Source: an uncultured Acidimicrobiales bacterium
GTDB taxonomy: Bacteria; Actinomycetota; Acidimicrobiia; Acidimicrobiales; SHLQ01
Length of the DNA: 64,000 bases
Assembly (NCBI GenBank): GCA_938040365.1
Contig: CALHXU010000056.1
Span: forward strand, 3,456-67,455
Direction: 5' to 3'
This document shows, piece by piece, positions 28,501 to 37,858 of this stretch; within the stretch, counting starts at the first letter, position 1, and each line of letters opens with the position of its first letter. The notes below the pieces were generated by a model that was not told the DNA's origin, did not search any database, and saw only the letters and a program-made list of their open reading frames with translations. The position numbers and the translations under genes are program-made.

Positions 28501-29088
28501 GGGAATGCCGTGGTCTTGCAGCTCGATAAAGAGGTTGTCTCTGCCAAAGATGTCTTGGAGGCGGCCGGCTCGTTGCACCGCTTCATCAAAGTCGCCGGCG
28601 AGCAAGGCCTGGAGCACCTGGCCTCCGAGGCAGCCCGTCGTCGCGATAAGCCCCTCGGAGTGTTGGTCGAGGAGCTCCCAATCGACCCGGGGCTTGTAGT
28701 AGTAGCCCTCCATAAACGCCTTCGAGGCGAGCTGGATCATGTTTTGGTAGCCGACGTTGTTCTCGGCCAGCAAGATCAGGTGGTAATAGAGCTTTCCTCC
28801 ACCGGTGGTGCTGCCTCCAGAGTCGTCGACCTTGCCGCGCCGAGATGGACGCTCTGACCGATGCTCGTGAGCCATGTAGGCCTCGGTACCGATGATCGGC
28901 TTGATACCGGCCTTGTTGCACGCCTGATAGAAATCGAGAACGCCATACATATTGCCGTGGTCGGTAATTCCAAGTGCCGGTTGGCCATCGGCTGCCGCAG
29001 CGGCGACGAGTTCATCGAGGCGCGACGCCCCGTCGAGCATCGAAAATTCCGTATGTACGTGAAGGTGGGTGAACGACCCGGCCATCAA
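25546..29088 (-). CDS. dnaE: DNA polymerase III alpha subunit
   Basis: 1180 aa. PHP domain FTHLHVHTEFSMLDG, palm/fingers motifs and a C-terminal OB region. Confidence 0.97.
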   Translation of the reverse strand: MMAGSFTHLHVHTEFSMLDGASRLDELVAAAAADGQPALGITDHGNMYGVLDFYQACNKAGIKPIIGTEAYMAHEHRSERPSRRGKVDDSGGSTTGGGKLYYHLILLAENNVGYQNMIQLASKAFMEGYYYKPRVDWELLDQHSEGLIATTGCLGGQVLQALLAGDFDEAVQRAGRLQDIFGRDNLFIELQDHGIPEQIRTNPQLLEIAKKIGAPILATNDSHYTHRVDHSAHDALLCVQTGSLRSDPDRFKFHGDQHYLKSAAEMRDMWREVEVACDNSLWIAERCNVEIEFGEPLLPSFPLPRGFEDDDAYLLHLTMEGAKKRWGEHGITDEINERLLFELKVIRDMGFSSYFIITWDMIKYARDNGIRVGPGRGSAAGCAVAYCLWITDLDPIKYDLLFERFLNPSRMSMPDIDMDFDTRYRDQMIRYCSERYGRDHVAQIVTFSQIKARAAVRDAARVLGYPYAVGDKVAKAMPPLIMGRDTPLQYCFEKHPKYEGGYAQAGDLREMVASEPIVAEVVEVAKGLEGLRRSDGIHAAAVVITKDPLTDYVPIQRKPESGQAPEDAPVVTQYEMNGVESLGLLKMDFLGLRNLDVITDTLQAISETRGIEVDIDNVDLEDKATYELLQRGDTIGVFQLESTPMRALMKSLSPTEFEDVAALVALYRPGPMEANMHNDYADRKNGRQEVSLLHDDASEILGDTYGLMIYQESMMRVAQKFAGYSLADADSLRKACGKKIREVMQKEKAKFVDGCETTGYGRPLGEEWWKIIEPFADYAFNKSHSYGYGFVAYQIAYLKAHYPVEYLAALLTSVKGSLDKAAVYLNECRIMGINVVVPDINRARIDFHPEPDLSGETKGEIVFGMSAVRNVGEALVEQIISERNENGPFESFLNFVERVDYSVLNKRTIESLIKGGAFDSLGHPRKGLLNVYELIIDRTVASRKDHDIGVATLFGSLGDEPTFDDRPEIPDVEFEKMPKLASEKEMLGLYISDHPILGYEAALQRRCDKTVGALEDEADGAFLRVGGVITNLQKKWTRKGDLMAIFELEDLEGSIEVMVFPRTMNEHGHKLVDDAIVVVRGRLDGKDDIAKFICQELEIFDSSSMTEAAPLRLRLPTHAQDPGTLDSLKSLLTDHSGSSEVFLHLDGTQVIRLPETYRVETGNGLVAELRVLLGPDAVVV

Positions 29089-29153
29089 TCCTCAATTACT
29101 AGGGGCGCCTGCCAAACTACACCGACGTAGCTCGCAACTGAAACCCGTGCGAA

Positions 29154-30254
29154 CTACGTCAGCGCGTAAACGACCGGAACGAGCATCTCGGCCTCGGTCA
29201 GCGAACCGTGGCGTCCAACGAGACGGTCCGCATGAGGCTCTCCGGGGTCGTCGAACCCGACCGGAGCGTGAGCGACAAGCGCTACGTCGCCGAGGCGATT
29301 CGCCGCGTCGTTAGTAACCGTTGGACCAAACCAGCCCTCGTCGATGATCTGTTCTTTAGTACGCACCCACGCCTGATCACCGTGGGCAGCTTCGGCCGCC
29401 GCAGCAAGATCGGCGGTGGCTCCAGGTAGCGCATGCAACCAGCGGAAGCGCGATTCTCCAGACCGGCCCGCCATGAGGTCGAGACAGTCTGGCGAGACAC
29501 GAACAATTTCGGGCGCATCGATCTGGCCGTGATCGGCGGTGACCACGACTGCGGTCCCCGACGGAACCGCGTCGATCAGTTGACCGACGAGCCAATCACA
29601 AAACGAGAGTTCGAGGTCGAAGTGGCGCGAGGTAACCCCGTGGACGTGCGCAACATGGTCGAGACCGTCGTAGTAGGTGTAAATCCGGTCGCTGCCTTCG
29701 GCGAGCAGTCGACAGGTCTCTGCGACCAGCGATGACGGGTGCCAAACGCCGTGATAGGGCGTGTGCTCGCCGAGGTAGGCCGCAGTAAACCCTGACCCAA
29801 TGAATTGTCGATCCGAAACGATCTCCCAATCGCCGCCACCGAGCGTCGGCGAGACCTGCACCGACGTTGGGTCGACGACGCCGCGGTGGTCGCCGTTAGA
29901 GGTGGTCCAACGCAGCGCGTTCATCACGGCCCCTCCCGCGGGAAATCGATAGCCGATCACGCCATGCTCGCCGGGTGGAACGCCAGTTGAGATCGAGGTC
30001 AACGCAGTCGCGGTCGTCGACGGCGCCGTCGTCGTTGCCGCGCCCCCACCCAACGCCGAGAGATTCGGTATGAGGTGGCGGCGTTCCTCCATTTGCACCC
30101 ACCCAAGAGAATCCAAGACGAAGAGCACGACTCGATCTGCGTTCGCAATGTCGTCGGGGATCGTGGGCGAAGCAACGCCCCACGTCAGCGCGGGCATGAC
30201 CGAAACCGTCGAGTGTCCAGAGAAGTCGGGAAGAACGATCTTCGGCTCTGTCAC
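29154..30254 (-). CDS. alkaline phosphatase / nucleotide pyrophosphatase family protein
   Basis: 366 aa. VLFVLDSLGW metal site, PSTTATALTS nucleophile region, GEHGV, DHVAH, TADHG. Confidence 0.75.
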   Translation of the reverse strand: MTEPKIVLPDFSGHSTVSVMPALTWGVASPTIPDDIANADRVVLFVLDSLGWVQMEERRHLIPNLSALGGGAATTTAPSTTATALTSISTGVPPGEHGVIGYRFPAGGAVMNALRWTTSNGDHRGVVDPTSVQVSPTLGGGDWEIVSDRQFIGSGFTAAYLGEHTPYHGVWHPSSLVAETCRLLAEGSDRIYTYYDGLDHVAHVHGVTSRHFDLELSFCDWLVGQLIDAVPSGTAVVVTADHGQIDAPEIVRVSPDCLDLMAGRSGESRFRWLHALPGATADLAAAAEAAHGDQAWVRTKEQIIDEGWFGPTVTNDAANRLGDVALVAHAPVGFDDPGEPHADRLVGRHGSLTEAEMLVPVVYALT

Positions 30255-31186
30255 TTCGGCACGCTTCCTGTATCGGGGGATCCCACTCGTTCGATCAACG
30301 CGACCATATCGGTTGGCATGGGCGATTCGAAGTCGAGCCGATCCCCAGTTCTCGGATGCTCGAACCCCAACTTCGCGGCGTGGAGCAGCGGCCGATCCAC
30401 GCCGAGCGAGTCTCGTCCCCCGCCGTAACGCGCATCGCCGACGACCGGGTGATGGATTGCCTCGAGGTGCACGCGAATCTGATGGGTTCGGCCAGTGTCG
30501 AGCTCGAGCGAGAACAGGCTGATCTTTGGGTCAGCCCAACTCGCAGCGACCGCATATGACGTCCGGGCAGCCTTGCCGTCCTCACGCACGACCATACGGG
30601 TTGGATCGCGAACCGCCCGTCCGATCGGCGCTTCGATGACCCCGCGCGGCGTCTTTGGGTGTCCCCACCCAAACGCAAGGTAGCGGCGGGATACATCTCG
30701 CTCCCGGAGCTGCTCGGTAAGCGAGTCGTAGGCAAGGTGTGAGCGGGCGATCATAAACACCCCAGATGTGCCTTTGTCGAGGCGATGAACAATCCCTGGT
30801 CTTGCCGGTTCGCCAACCTCACGGACCTCAGGAAATTTCGCCAGAACGCCTTGGGCAATCGTGCCCGATGAGTGGCCCGCACCGGGGTGCACAACCTGGC
30901 CGACGGCCTTATCGACCACGAGCACATCCTCGTCGACGTGGAGCAAGTTCAGCTCGACGTTTGGGTCGGCCGCGAGCTCGGGGGCTGGCTCGAGGACCGA
31001 GTTAGAAACGGTGAGAACCTGCCCGCTCGCAACCCGTTGCGACGACTTCATCACGGCGACCGAATCGAGTTCGACCAACCCTGCACCGACGGCTTCGGCT
31101 GCCGCTGACCGAGAGAGACCGAGCAACATCGAGACGACGCGGTCGACGCGTTCGCCATCGAGTGCTTCAGGGATATCTTCAGTCAC
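30251..31186 (-). CDS. RluA-family pseudouridine synthase (RluD-like) with S4 domain
   Basis: HRLDKGTSG catalytic motif and an N-terminal S4-like segment. The start is uncertain (GTG at 31186 or ATG at 31234). Confidence 0.88.
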   Translation of the reverse strand: MTEDIPEALDGERVDRVVSMLLGLSRSAAAEAVGAGLVELDSVAVMKSSQRVASGQVLTVSNSVLEPAPELAADPNVELNLLHVDEDVLVVDKAVGQVVHPGAGHSSGTIAQGVLAKFPEVREVGEPARPGIVHRLDKGTSGVFMIARSHLAYDSLTEQLRERDVSRRYLAFGWGHPKTPRGVIEAPIGRAVRDPTRMVVREDGKAARTSYAVAASWADPKISLFSLELDTGRTHQIRVHLEAIHHPVVGDARYGGGRDSLGVDRPLLHAAKLGFEHPRTGDRLDFESPMPTDMVALIERVGSPDTGSVPK

Positions 31187-31694
31187 GAGAGCTCGTGAGC
31201 GCAACGAACGCACCGCCGACAACGATTGCGACATCTGCGAGGTTGAACACGGGCCACCAGGTACCAATCTCGAGAAAGTCGATTACCGCTCCGCCGAGAA
31301 ACGAATCGCTACCGTCGCGAAAGGCCCGGTCGACGACGTTGCCGATCGCTCCCCCACCAACGAGGCCAAGGGCAAAGACGACCGAGCGTCGTTGCACGCT
31401 CTTGACGATCCAGTACAGCGAAATCGTGACGAGGATCGCGAGAACACCAAAGACCGGCCCTAACCCCTCGCCGAGCGAGAACGCTGAACCACGATTGAAA
31501 ATCAATCGCAATGACGATCCGAACGGACCTGCGATCGGCCCATCGGCAAGTGTCGCCAGCGCGATCTCTTTCGTGATCTGATCGATGATGACAACGACGA
31601 CGAGAACAGCGAACAGCTGAAATCGTCGCGCGGTGATTTGTGACTTGGTGAGAACAGGATCGGCCGACTCGTTTGTCAGCTCACCGACGTCCAA
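31179..31694 (-). CDS. lspA: lipoprotein signal peptidase II
   Basis: NRGSAFSLG, IDFL and FNLADVAI motifs. The start is uncertain. TTG at 31694 is the first start codon near the upstream stop. The track ORF extends to 31832. Confidence 0.85.
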   Translation of the reverse strand: MDVGELTNESADPVLTKSQITARRFQLFAVLVVVVIIDQITKEIALATLADGPIAGPFGSSLRLIFNRGSAFSLGEGLGPVFGVLAILVTISLYWIVKSVQRRSVVFALGLVGGGAIGNVVDRAFRDGSDSFLGGAVIDFLEIGTWWPVFNLADVAIVVGGAFVALTSSRD

Positions 31695-32379
31695 GCCCGC
31701 CGACCTTGAATTCGACTCGCTGGCTCGCCCACGGAATTGCTTCGAGCCGTTCTTTCGGGATCGGCAAGCCAGATTCGACACAAATTCCGTAGACACCATT
31801 TGCGAGGCGTTCGAGCGCTTGATCGATTTCATCGACCGCCTGTTGGGCTTGTGCGCTCAGCGCGAGGTCCCGCTCACGTTCTACAGCGAGCGTGTCTCCT
31901 TCGCCTGATTCTTCGTCGAATTGCACATCGCCAGGCTCTCGGTCCAAGACGAGCGAGTCGGCTTCTTCTTTGTACGAGATGGCCGAACGAGTGTATTTTT
32001 CTCGTTCGCTCAGCAGCTCTGCCTCTTGCTTTTTCAAAAACGGCTTGGTGAAGCTCTTCTTGGCGAGCTTTTGTTGCTCGATGAGCTTCTTGGCGGCGGC
32101 GGCTTGCGCCTCGTCCACCTTTTCAACTTCTGAGATCACTGCGGTAACTTTCGCTGGTGCCTTTTTAGGGGCTGCTTTTTTAGCTGGAGCCTTCTTTGCT
32201 GCAGCTTTCTTCTTGGCTGGAGCCTTCTTTGCTGCAGTCTTCTTTGCTGCAGCTTTCTTCTTGGCTGGTGAGCTCTTTGCTGCAGCTTTCTTCTTGGCTG
32301 GAGCCTTCTTCGCTGCGGCCGACTTTGTTGCCGGAGCTTTCTTCGCTGTCTTTTTTCCTGCGGACTTCTTCGTCGCCAC
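31681..32379 (-). CDS. DksA/TraR-family protein with an N-terminal Lys/Ala-rich histone-H1-like repeat tail and a degenerate zinc finger
   Basis: 232 aa. About 78 aa of AKKA/PAKK repeats, then a coiled-coil acidic region. The C-terminus GVYGICVESGLPIPKERLEAIPWASQRVEFK matches GxYGxCxxCGxxIxxxRLxAxPxAxxCxxC with only the first of four Cys retained. Confidence 0.75.
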   Translation of the reverse strand: MATKKSAGKKTAKKAPATKSAAAKKAPAKKKAAAKSSPAKKKAAAKKTAAKKAPAKKKAAAKKAPAKKAAPKKAPAKVTAVISEVEKVDEAQAAAAKKLIEQQKLAKKSFTKPFLKKQEAELLSEREKYTRSAISYKEEADSLVLDREPGDVQFDEESGEGDTLAVERERDLALSAQAQQAVDEIDQALERLANGVYGICVESGLPIPKERLEAIPWASQRVEFKVGGLGRR

Positions 32380-32537
32380 GACGAGTTCCTTTCCAAAAGC
32401 AGAACGCTCGTGCCTGAGCCCTTACTCAGACAGACGGTGATCGGCCCTTAACTTCCTCGTATTTCCATACGATGGGACCGCCGGTCCCATGAGCGCAGAA
32501 GTATAGGACGCTCTCGAACAGTTTGTACGGAGGGGAC

Positions 32538-34376
32538 CTATCGGTTGCGAGCGATCGGTGTTGAGTCGAGCGCTTCGGAGAAACGCTTCACGAAAGATCC
32601 ACCTTCAGCACTTCCCTCGACTTCGGTGTCTTGTGCCTGCTCGGTCTCTTCCATGGGCGTCCCGAAGAGGTCATTTGATTGGGCGTCGAGTTCATCGATC
32701 GAACCGTCGTCAACCTCGGAGTCAAAGACTGGGATTGGTTCAGTGATCGGACCGTCGGTGGCGAGTTCTTGCTCGTCATCTGAGATTACCTCTGCAGCGA
32801 TGAACCCGCCGGTTGCGCCAGCGACTGCGCCAGCCGCCATGCCAAATCCGCCCGAAGATGACTCGTCGTCGCCCGCTTCTACCCACTGGACCGGTTCTTC
32901 AATGGCCGCTTCTTCGATCACTGCTTCTTCGATGACCGCTTCTTCCATCACGGTTTCTTCGATCACCGGTGTCTCAGCTTCGACCGTTTCAACGGGCAAC
33001 TCTTCGACCACCGCCTCTTCGAGGGTCGGTGCATCAGCCTGATCGGCTGCTACCTCCTCAAAGGGACTCTCGTTCGGCGTGGCGTTGGTCAAGTCGTCAT
33101 CGATCGGCAAAACAGGGAGTTCGGCTTCGGTGTTACTTTGCCCGGGTTCGCGCACAGGTAGCTCGCTCGAGCCGGATTCGTGCGCATCGACCGCAACATC
33201 GTCTGCCGGCACCTCACCTACACCTGCATAATGAGCTGTGCTGGTATCACCTGGGGCATCGACCACCATTGGATCGTCGAGCACATCATCGGGTCCCGCT
33301 GTGGCGTCGTCCCCCGCTGTGGCGTGGTCCAAAGGCGCGTCAGTTACGGGCGCATTTGCTTGCGACGCCTCCATTTGGGGCGCCTCCACTGAAGGCTCGT
33401 CTATTGGAGGCGCTTCTGCTGGAGGCATCGCAGCGAGGGCTTCAGCCTCGACCGAGTCGACCGTTGGCTGTTCGGGAGCAGCAGCGGCAACCCCACCGAG
33501 GATCTCGATGTCTGGAGCTTGATCCACGTCACTAGCCGATGCGCCGCTGTGCGGCGGTGCGGGCTGGACCCCGAGCAGGTCTTCATCCTCGGCGACTCGC
33601 TCAAGGTCTTCGATCGACCCCGACATTCCAACACGCAGTGCCTCGACTGCATGCTTGACCCGACTTCGCTGTGCTTCGAGATGGGTTTCCAACTCGGCAA
33701 TATCGTTCAACAATTGCGCTCGCACGCCTTCAAGCTCGACCACTTCGGCTCGAATTGGTACACGCATCTCGGCCGCTTCGGTCTGCGCGGTCAGCTCGAG
33801 CGCTTCGACACGCTCTCGTCCGGTCGCCTCCGCGGTTTCGAGAATTGCTTGGGCCTTTGCGCGAGACTCGTTGCGCGAGGCTTCTGCTTCGGCCGCCATC
33901 GTCGCGTCTAAGCGTTCCTTTTCGGCTTGCGACGCAGCGAGTTCGGCGTCCATGTTCGAACGCAGTTCCGCTGCCTCAGCTTCGGCGTTGCGCACCATTG
34001 CGGCCGCTTCTTCAGCTGCTTGCGCGCGGGTCTGTTCGCTCTCGGTACTTGCCGCTTCCCGAACGCTCGCTGCCTCGGCTGTCGCCGCGTCGATCATTTC
34101 AGCGGCGGCAGCGGTTGCTTCTTGTTCGGTTTCGTCGGCAAGGCGCTGGGCGAGCAACAAGGTGCGCCGAAGGGTGCCTTCGGTTTCGCTGCTTCCCGCA
34201 CCATCTGCGATCTGTTGTTCGAGGTCGGCAATGCGGCTCGCTGCCGTTTCGCGCTCTTGTTCCACCACCGTGAGATCGCCACGTAGCTTCGCGAGATAGG
34301 AGTCCACCGCGGCGCAGTCGTACCCCTTTGACGCCATCGTGAACCGAACAGCCTTTATTTCTTGCACGAGATCCAT
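32538..34376 (-). CDS. divIVA: DivIVA domain protein (Wag31-like) with a very long acidic repetitive C-terminus
   Basis: 612 aa. The N-terminus FTMASKGYDCAAVDSYLAKL is the DivIVA motif, followed by a long coiled coil and then a D/E/A/V-rich tail including EEAVIEEAVIEEAAIEE. Confidence 0.85.
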   Translation of the reverse strand: MDLVQEIKAVRFTMASKGYDCAAVDSYLAKLRGDLTVVEQERETAASRIADLEQQIADGAGSSETEGTLRRTLLLAQRLADETEQEATAAAAEMIDAATAEAASVREAASTESEQTRAQAAEEAAAMVRNAEAEAAELRSNMDAELAASQAEKERLDATMAAEAEASRNESRAKAQAILETAEATGRERVEALELTAQTEAAEMRVPIRAEVVELEGVRAQLLNDIAELETHLEAQRSRVKHAVEALRVGMSGSIEDLERVAEDEDLLGVQPAPPHSGASASDVDQAPDIEILGGVAAAAPEQPTVDSVEAEALAAMPPAEAPPIDEPSVEAPQMEASQANAPVTDAPLDHATAGDDATAGPDDVLDDPMVVDAPGDTSTAHYAGVGEVPADDVAVDAHESGSSELPVREPGQSNTEAELPVLPIDDDLTNATPNESPFEEVAADQADAPTLEEAVVEELPVETVEAETPVIEETVMEEAVIEEAVIEEAAIEEPVQWVEAGDDESSSGGFGMAAGAVAGATGGFIAAEVISDDEQELATDGPITEPIPVFDSEVDDGSIDELDAQSNDLFGTPMEETEQAQDTEVEGSAEGGSFVKRFSEALDSTPIARNR

Positions 34377-34448
34377 CCCGCGATACTAGTGTCGGGGCAC
34401 AGCGGGTGGGTGATAGTGCGAAGTAGCTGGGTCTCGGCGCTTGCTTAG

Positions 34449-35069
34449 CTACGAACTAAGGCGTTCTTTGTCTTCACTACTCACCTCTACCCCGTCGGGG
34501 CTCAAGAGGTAAATGTCGCTCGACAGCTTCTCCATACTGCCGCCGAGGCCGTAACAAAGACCTGCGCTGAAATCGATGAGTCTCCGAGAGAGGTCTCGTT
34601 CGGCACTGACGAGATCGATGACGACGGGCTTGCCATCTTTGAACACATCGGCGACGGCTTGTGCATCGTTGTAGGACTGAGGAACAACCGTTTGTGGCAC
34701 GACGCTCTTTGCGAGCGGTACTGCTCGCACGGTGCCGCTCCCGCCGTCGCTTTGGTGGCCGTGTGCATCTTCGCGTTCATCCATGGGGACTGGCCTAACG
34801 GTTGAGGATTGTCGGTCACTGCTGAGCGGTTTCGGCGTAAGGGGACTCGAGTCGTAGTCATCGTGACCAACCGTGCCGCCCGCTGTTGCGCGTCCGTGAG
34901 GCGCAGGGCCAGGGGCCAAATCATGGCCCGCCTCGTCGTCACCGAGTGCGTAGACCTCGCCGTTGGAGGAGTCCTCTGGCGCAATGCCGTTCTCTTCGAC
35001 ATCACCACCATCGGGGTATTCTTCGTTTAGCCCTAGCCAAACGACTGCCTTTTTATAAAAGCCTGACAT
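34449..35069 (-). CDS. sepF: cell division protein SepF
   Basis: MSGFYKKAVVWLGLNEE N-terminus. The C-terminal domain reads YNDAQAVADVFKDGKPVVIDL...RLIDFSAGLCYGLGGSMEKL. Confidence 0.92.
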   Translation of the reverse strand: MSGFYKKAVVWLGLNEEYPDGGDVEENGIAPEDSSNGEVYALGDDEAGHDLAPGPAPHGRATAGGTVGHDDYDSSPLTPKPLSSDRQSSTVRPVPMDEREDAHGHQSDGGSGTVRAVPLAKSVVPQTVVPQSYNDAQAVADVFKDGKPVVIDLVSAERDLSRRLIDFSAGLCYGLGGSMEKLSSDIYLLSPDGVEVSSEDKERLSS

Positions 35070-35094
35070 CAGGTCCCTCCCGTACGTCTCAACA

Positions 35095-35763
35095 CTACAT
35101 CTTCACTGGGCGTGACCCAAAGAGCGCCGATCCAATGCGCAACATGGTCGACCCTGCCTCGAGCGCGTCTTTGAAATCTGCGCTCATTCCCATCGACCGA
35201 ATGTCGAGTTCATACTCGCTCGCCAAACGGTCCAACTCAGCGAAACACTCGATCGTTGCGGGACGATCACCGAGGACTCCAATGGTCATCAAACCAGCAA
35301 CGCGCAAGCCAAGACTCTCGGCGAGCGCCAGCATCTCGGGGAGATCCGGTGGCCGAACACCGTCTTTGGTCTCATCGCCATCGGGCTGGATCTGAATGAG
35401 AACCGACGCCCCCGGCGCCCGCTTTGCAATCTCGGTCAAGATCTCCGGACGTGCAACGCTTTGCCAAAGGTCGACAATGTCGTCGATCTTTCGCACTTTG
35501 TTGCGCTGCACACGACCTAAGAAGTTGACGGTCAACTCCGAGAGGTGATCGCGCTTTTCGACGAGCTCTTGGGCATAGTTCTCGCCAACGCTCGTCAGGC
35601 CGAGATCACGCGCTGCCTCGACCGCCGAGGCATCGAACCCCTTGGTCACGGCAACGAGGTCGACGTCTTTCCTGCCGGCTGCAGAAATCGCGTCCCGAAT
35701 ACCATCGAGCCGGTCGGCCAGAACCTCGATGGGCACGGCCAAGGTACGTGGATCAGCCTGCAT
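35095..35763 (-). CDS. yggS: YggS-family pyridoxal-phosphate homeostasis protein
   Basis: 222 aa. LVAVTKG (PLP lysine), LHFLGRVQRNK-like and MGMSADF motifs. Confidence 0.9.
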   Translation of the reverse strand: MQADPRTLAVPIEVLADRLDGIRDAISAAGRKDVDLVAVTKGFDASAVEAARDLGLTSVGENYAQELVEKRDHLSELTVNFLGRVQRNKVRKIDDIVDLWQSVARPEILTEIAKRAPGASVLIQIQPDGDETKDGVRPPDLPEMLALAESLGLRVAGLMTIGVLGDRPATIECFAELDRLASEYELDIRSMGMSADFKDALEAGSTMLRIGSALFGSRPVKM

Positions 35764-36643
35764 TGTTTTTCTCAGAGATAGTGCTTTTCTCAGAGATAGT
35801 GCTGTTCTCAGAGATAGTGCTTTGCCCGGGAGTTGGATCGGCGTTCACGATCTGGGCGACGAGGCAGTGTCGCTGCGACTCTTGGCGCGCCCGATGGGAA
35901 AACCCGGTTTCGTCACATGCTGAACAGCCGCCGACAAAGGACACGTCGGTGACGCCAACCGCGTCGAACCCCGCCACGATTGCTGCTCGCATGTCGAGCG
36001 CCGGAGCACCCGATGGTGTCGTTGCACGAACGCCGTCGCCGAGCCTGGACGCAACACGATCGAGGTCGTCGGCGCCAAACTCGTAGCAGTCGGCACAAAT
36101 GACGGGGCCGACGATCGCCCGTTCGAGACGTATCTGATCGGCGTGTTCGTCAGCGTCAGTTGCCACGAACTCGCCCCCTTCCACCAGACGATCTGCAACC
36201 GCTTCGATAATTCCCTCGGCAAGACCACGCCATCCAGCATGGGCCACGCCGATCGGTCCCCTGTTGGTGATAAACGCGATCGGCGCACAATCGGCGCCCT
36301 GCACCGAGATGGGTTGCCGCGCCTTGTCGGTGATGATCCCATCAGCGGTTACACCTCGAGCGTCATCATGTCGGGCATTCGCCCGAGCATCGTCACCTCG
36401 GGTATTTGCCCGAGCATCGTGACGGTCACGACTGGACGGAACAACCAGAGTGTCGCGCGTATCGAGCACGTGGTTGCCGTGGACTTGGCGCACCACGATC
36501 CACTCGCCCTCCATAACCAAAGCGCGGCGTTTCGTCAGCTCGCTCGCGTCGCTGTCGATGTGAAAGTCCCCATCCGCGCGGCTCGTCCATGCAACCTCGA
36601 CAATCGAGCCGTCTTCACGGACGATGTGCTGGCGATCGGCCAC
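35753..36643 (-). CDS. pgeF: polyphenol oxidase / peptidoglycan editing factor family (YfiH, DUF152)
   Basis: RQVHG, ADCAPIAF and AHAGWRG motifs. Contains a repeat insertion (DDARANxR) and a repeat-encoded tail (STISEN/K x3) that overlaps the yggS start by 11 nt. Confidence 0.85.
   Translation of the reverse strand: MADRQHIVREDGSIVEVAWTSRADGDFHIDSDASELTKRRALVMEGEWIVVRQVHGNHVLDTRDTLVVPSSRDRHDARANTRGDDARANARHDDARGVTADGIITDKARQPISVQGADCAPIAFITNRGPIGVAHAGWRGLAEGIIEAVADRLVEGGEFVATDADEHADQIRLERAIVGPVICADCYEFGADDLDRVASRLGDGVRATTPSGAPALDMRAAIVAGFDAVGVTDVSFVGGCSACDETGFSHRARQESQRHCLVAQIVNADPTPGQSTISENSTISEKSTISEKNNAG
35767..35824. repeat. 18-bp tandem repeat x3 (ctcagagatagtgc core)
   Basis: The core occurs at 35771, 35789 and 35807. 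It encodes STISEN/STISEK/STISEK at the pgeF 3' end, immediately upstream of the yggS ATG (35763). Confidence 0.9.
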
Positions 36644-36664
36644 GTGCCGGGGTTCTTCGTCGTA

Positions 36665-37858
36665 CTAGCGAAGGAACGACGGAACGTCGAGATCGTCGTC
36701 CTCGTCGCCGCCCGAGCCACCGTCTCCCTCGGAAGTCTCGACGTCGGCAAAGACATCGGCGATCTCGAGCTCGTCGTCATCGGTTGACGTTGCATCAAAG
36801 TCGGTCGAGCCAGAACCAATCACTGGATCGTCACCGTCTGTTCCACCGATCGTGGACTGGTCTGCAGTCGTTGTCGCCCCGATCGAGCCAGCGCCCGTTG
36901 CGCCGCCCTCCCAGCGCTCAAAGCCTGCAGCGATGACCGTCACGCGCACGTCGTCACCCATTTCGTCGTCGATGACCGCTCCAAAGATGATGTTGGCATC
37001 GGGGTGCGCCACGCCGTGAATAACCTCTGCAGCTTCGTTGACTTCGAAGAGTCCAAGATCTGAGCCGCCCGAGATGTTGAGCAAGATTCCTCGAGCGCCC
37101 TCGATCGATGCTTCGAGCAGCGGCGAGCTGATGGCGGCGCGGGCCGCAGCGAGTGCTCGCCCTTCGCCCGATGCATAGCCAATACCCATGAGGGCCGAAC
37201 CAGCGTCGGACATGATCATCTTCACGTCGGCGAAGTCGGTATTGATCAGGCCGGGAGTAGTGATCAGGTCCGTGATGCCCTGAACACCTTGCAAGAGCAC
37301 TTCATCGGCCATCTTGAAGGCGTTGAGCACCGAGGTGTTTTCGTTCGAAACGGTGAGCAAGCGGTCGTTGGGGATGACGATCTGGGTGTCGACGTTCTCC
37401 TTGAGTCGTTGGATGCCTTGCTCGGCCTGTACGGCGCGACGGCGCCCTTCGAATCCGAATGGCCGAGTGACTACACCGATGGTGAGCGCGCCGACGCCAC
37501 GTGCGATCTGTGCAATGACCGGAGCAGCACCGGTCCCGGTACCGCCGCCCTTGCCAGCGGTAATAAAGACCATGTCGGCGCCGCTAATGGCTGCCTCGAT
37601 CTCCTCTTTGTGGTCTTCGGCTGCCTGGCGACCCACCTCGGGGTCAGAACCGGCGCCGAGGCCACGGGTAAGTTCACGTCCAATATCGAGCTTTACGTCG
37701 GCGTCGCTCATGAGCAGCGCTTGTGCGTCGGTGTTGACCGCGACGAATTCTACGCCCTTTAAACCGGCGTCGATCATGCGGTTCACGGCGTTCACGCCGC
37801 CACCGCCAACGCCAACGACCTTGATTACCGCTAGGTAATTCTGAGTAATTTCATTCAT
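36665..37858 (-). CDS. ftsZ: cell division GTPase FtsZ
   Basis: [38 protein letters not shown] tubulin signature, and an acidic C-terminal tail ending in [10 protein letters not shown]. Confidence 0.97.
   Translation of the reverse strand: MNEITQNYLAVIKVVGVGGGGVNAVNRMIDAGLKGVEFVAVNTDAQALLMSDADVKLDIGRELTRGLGAGSDPEVGRQAAEDHKEEIEAAISGADMVFITAGKGGGTGTGAAPVIAQIARGVGALTIGVVTRPFGFEGRRRAVQAEQGIQRLKENVDTQIVIPNDRLLTVSNENTSVLNAFKMADEVLLQGVQGITDLITTPGLINTDFADVKMIMSDAGSALMGIGYASGEGRALAAARAAISSPLLEASIEGARGILLNISGGSDLGLFEVNEAAEVIHGVAHPDANIIFGAVIDDEMGDDVRVTVIAAGFERWEGGATGAGSIGATTTADQSTIGGTDGDDPVIGSGSTDFDATSTDDDELEIADVFADVETSEGDGGSGGDEDDDLDVPSFLR

Noticed and set aside
31892-32440. + strand ORFs (182 aa, 73 aa, etc.) with Phe/Ala/Leu repeats
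   Set aside because: They are mirror images of the AKKA-repeat coding region of the DksA-like gene. They are low-complexity artefacts.
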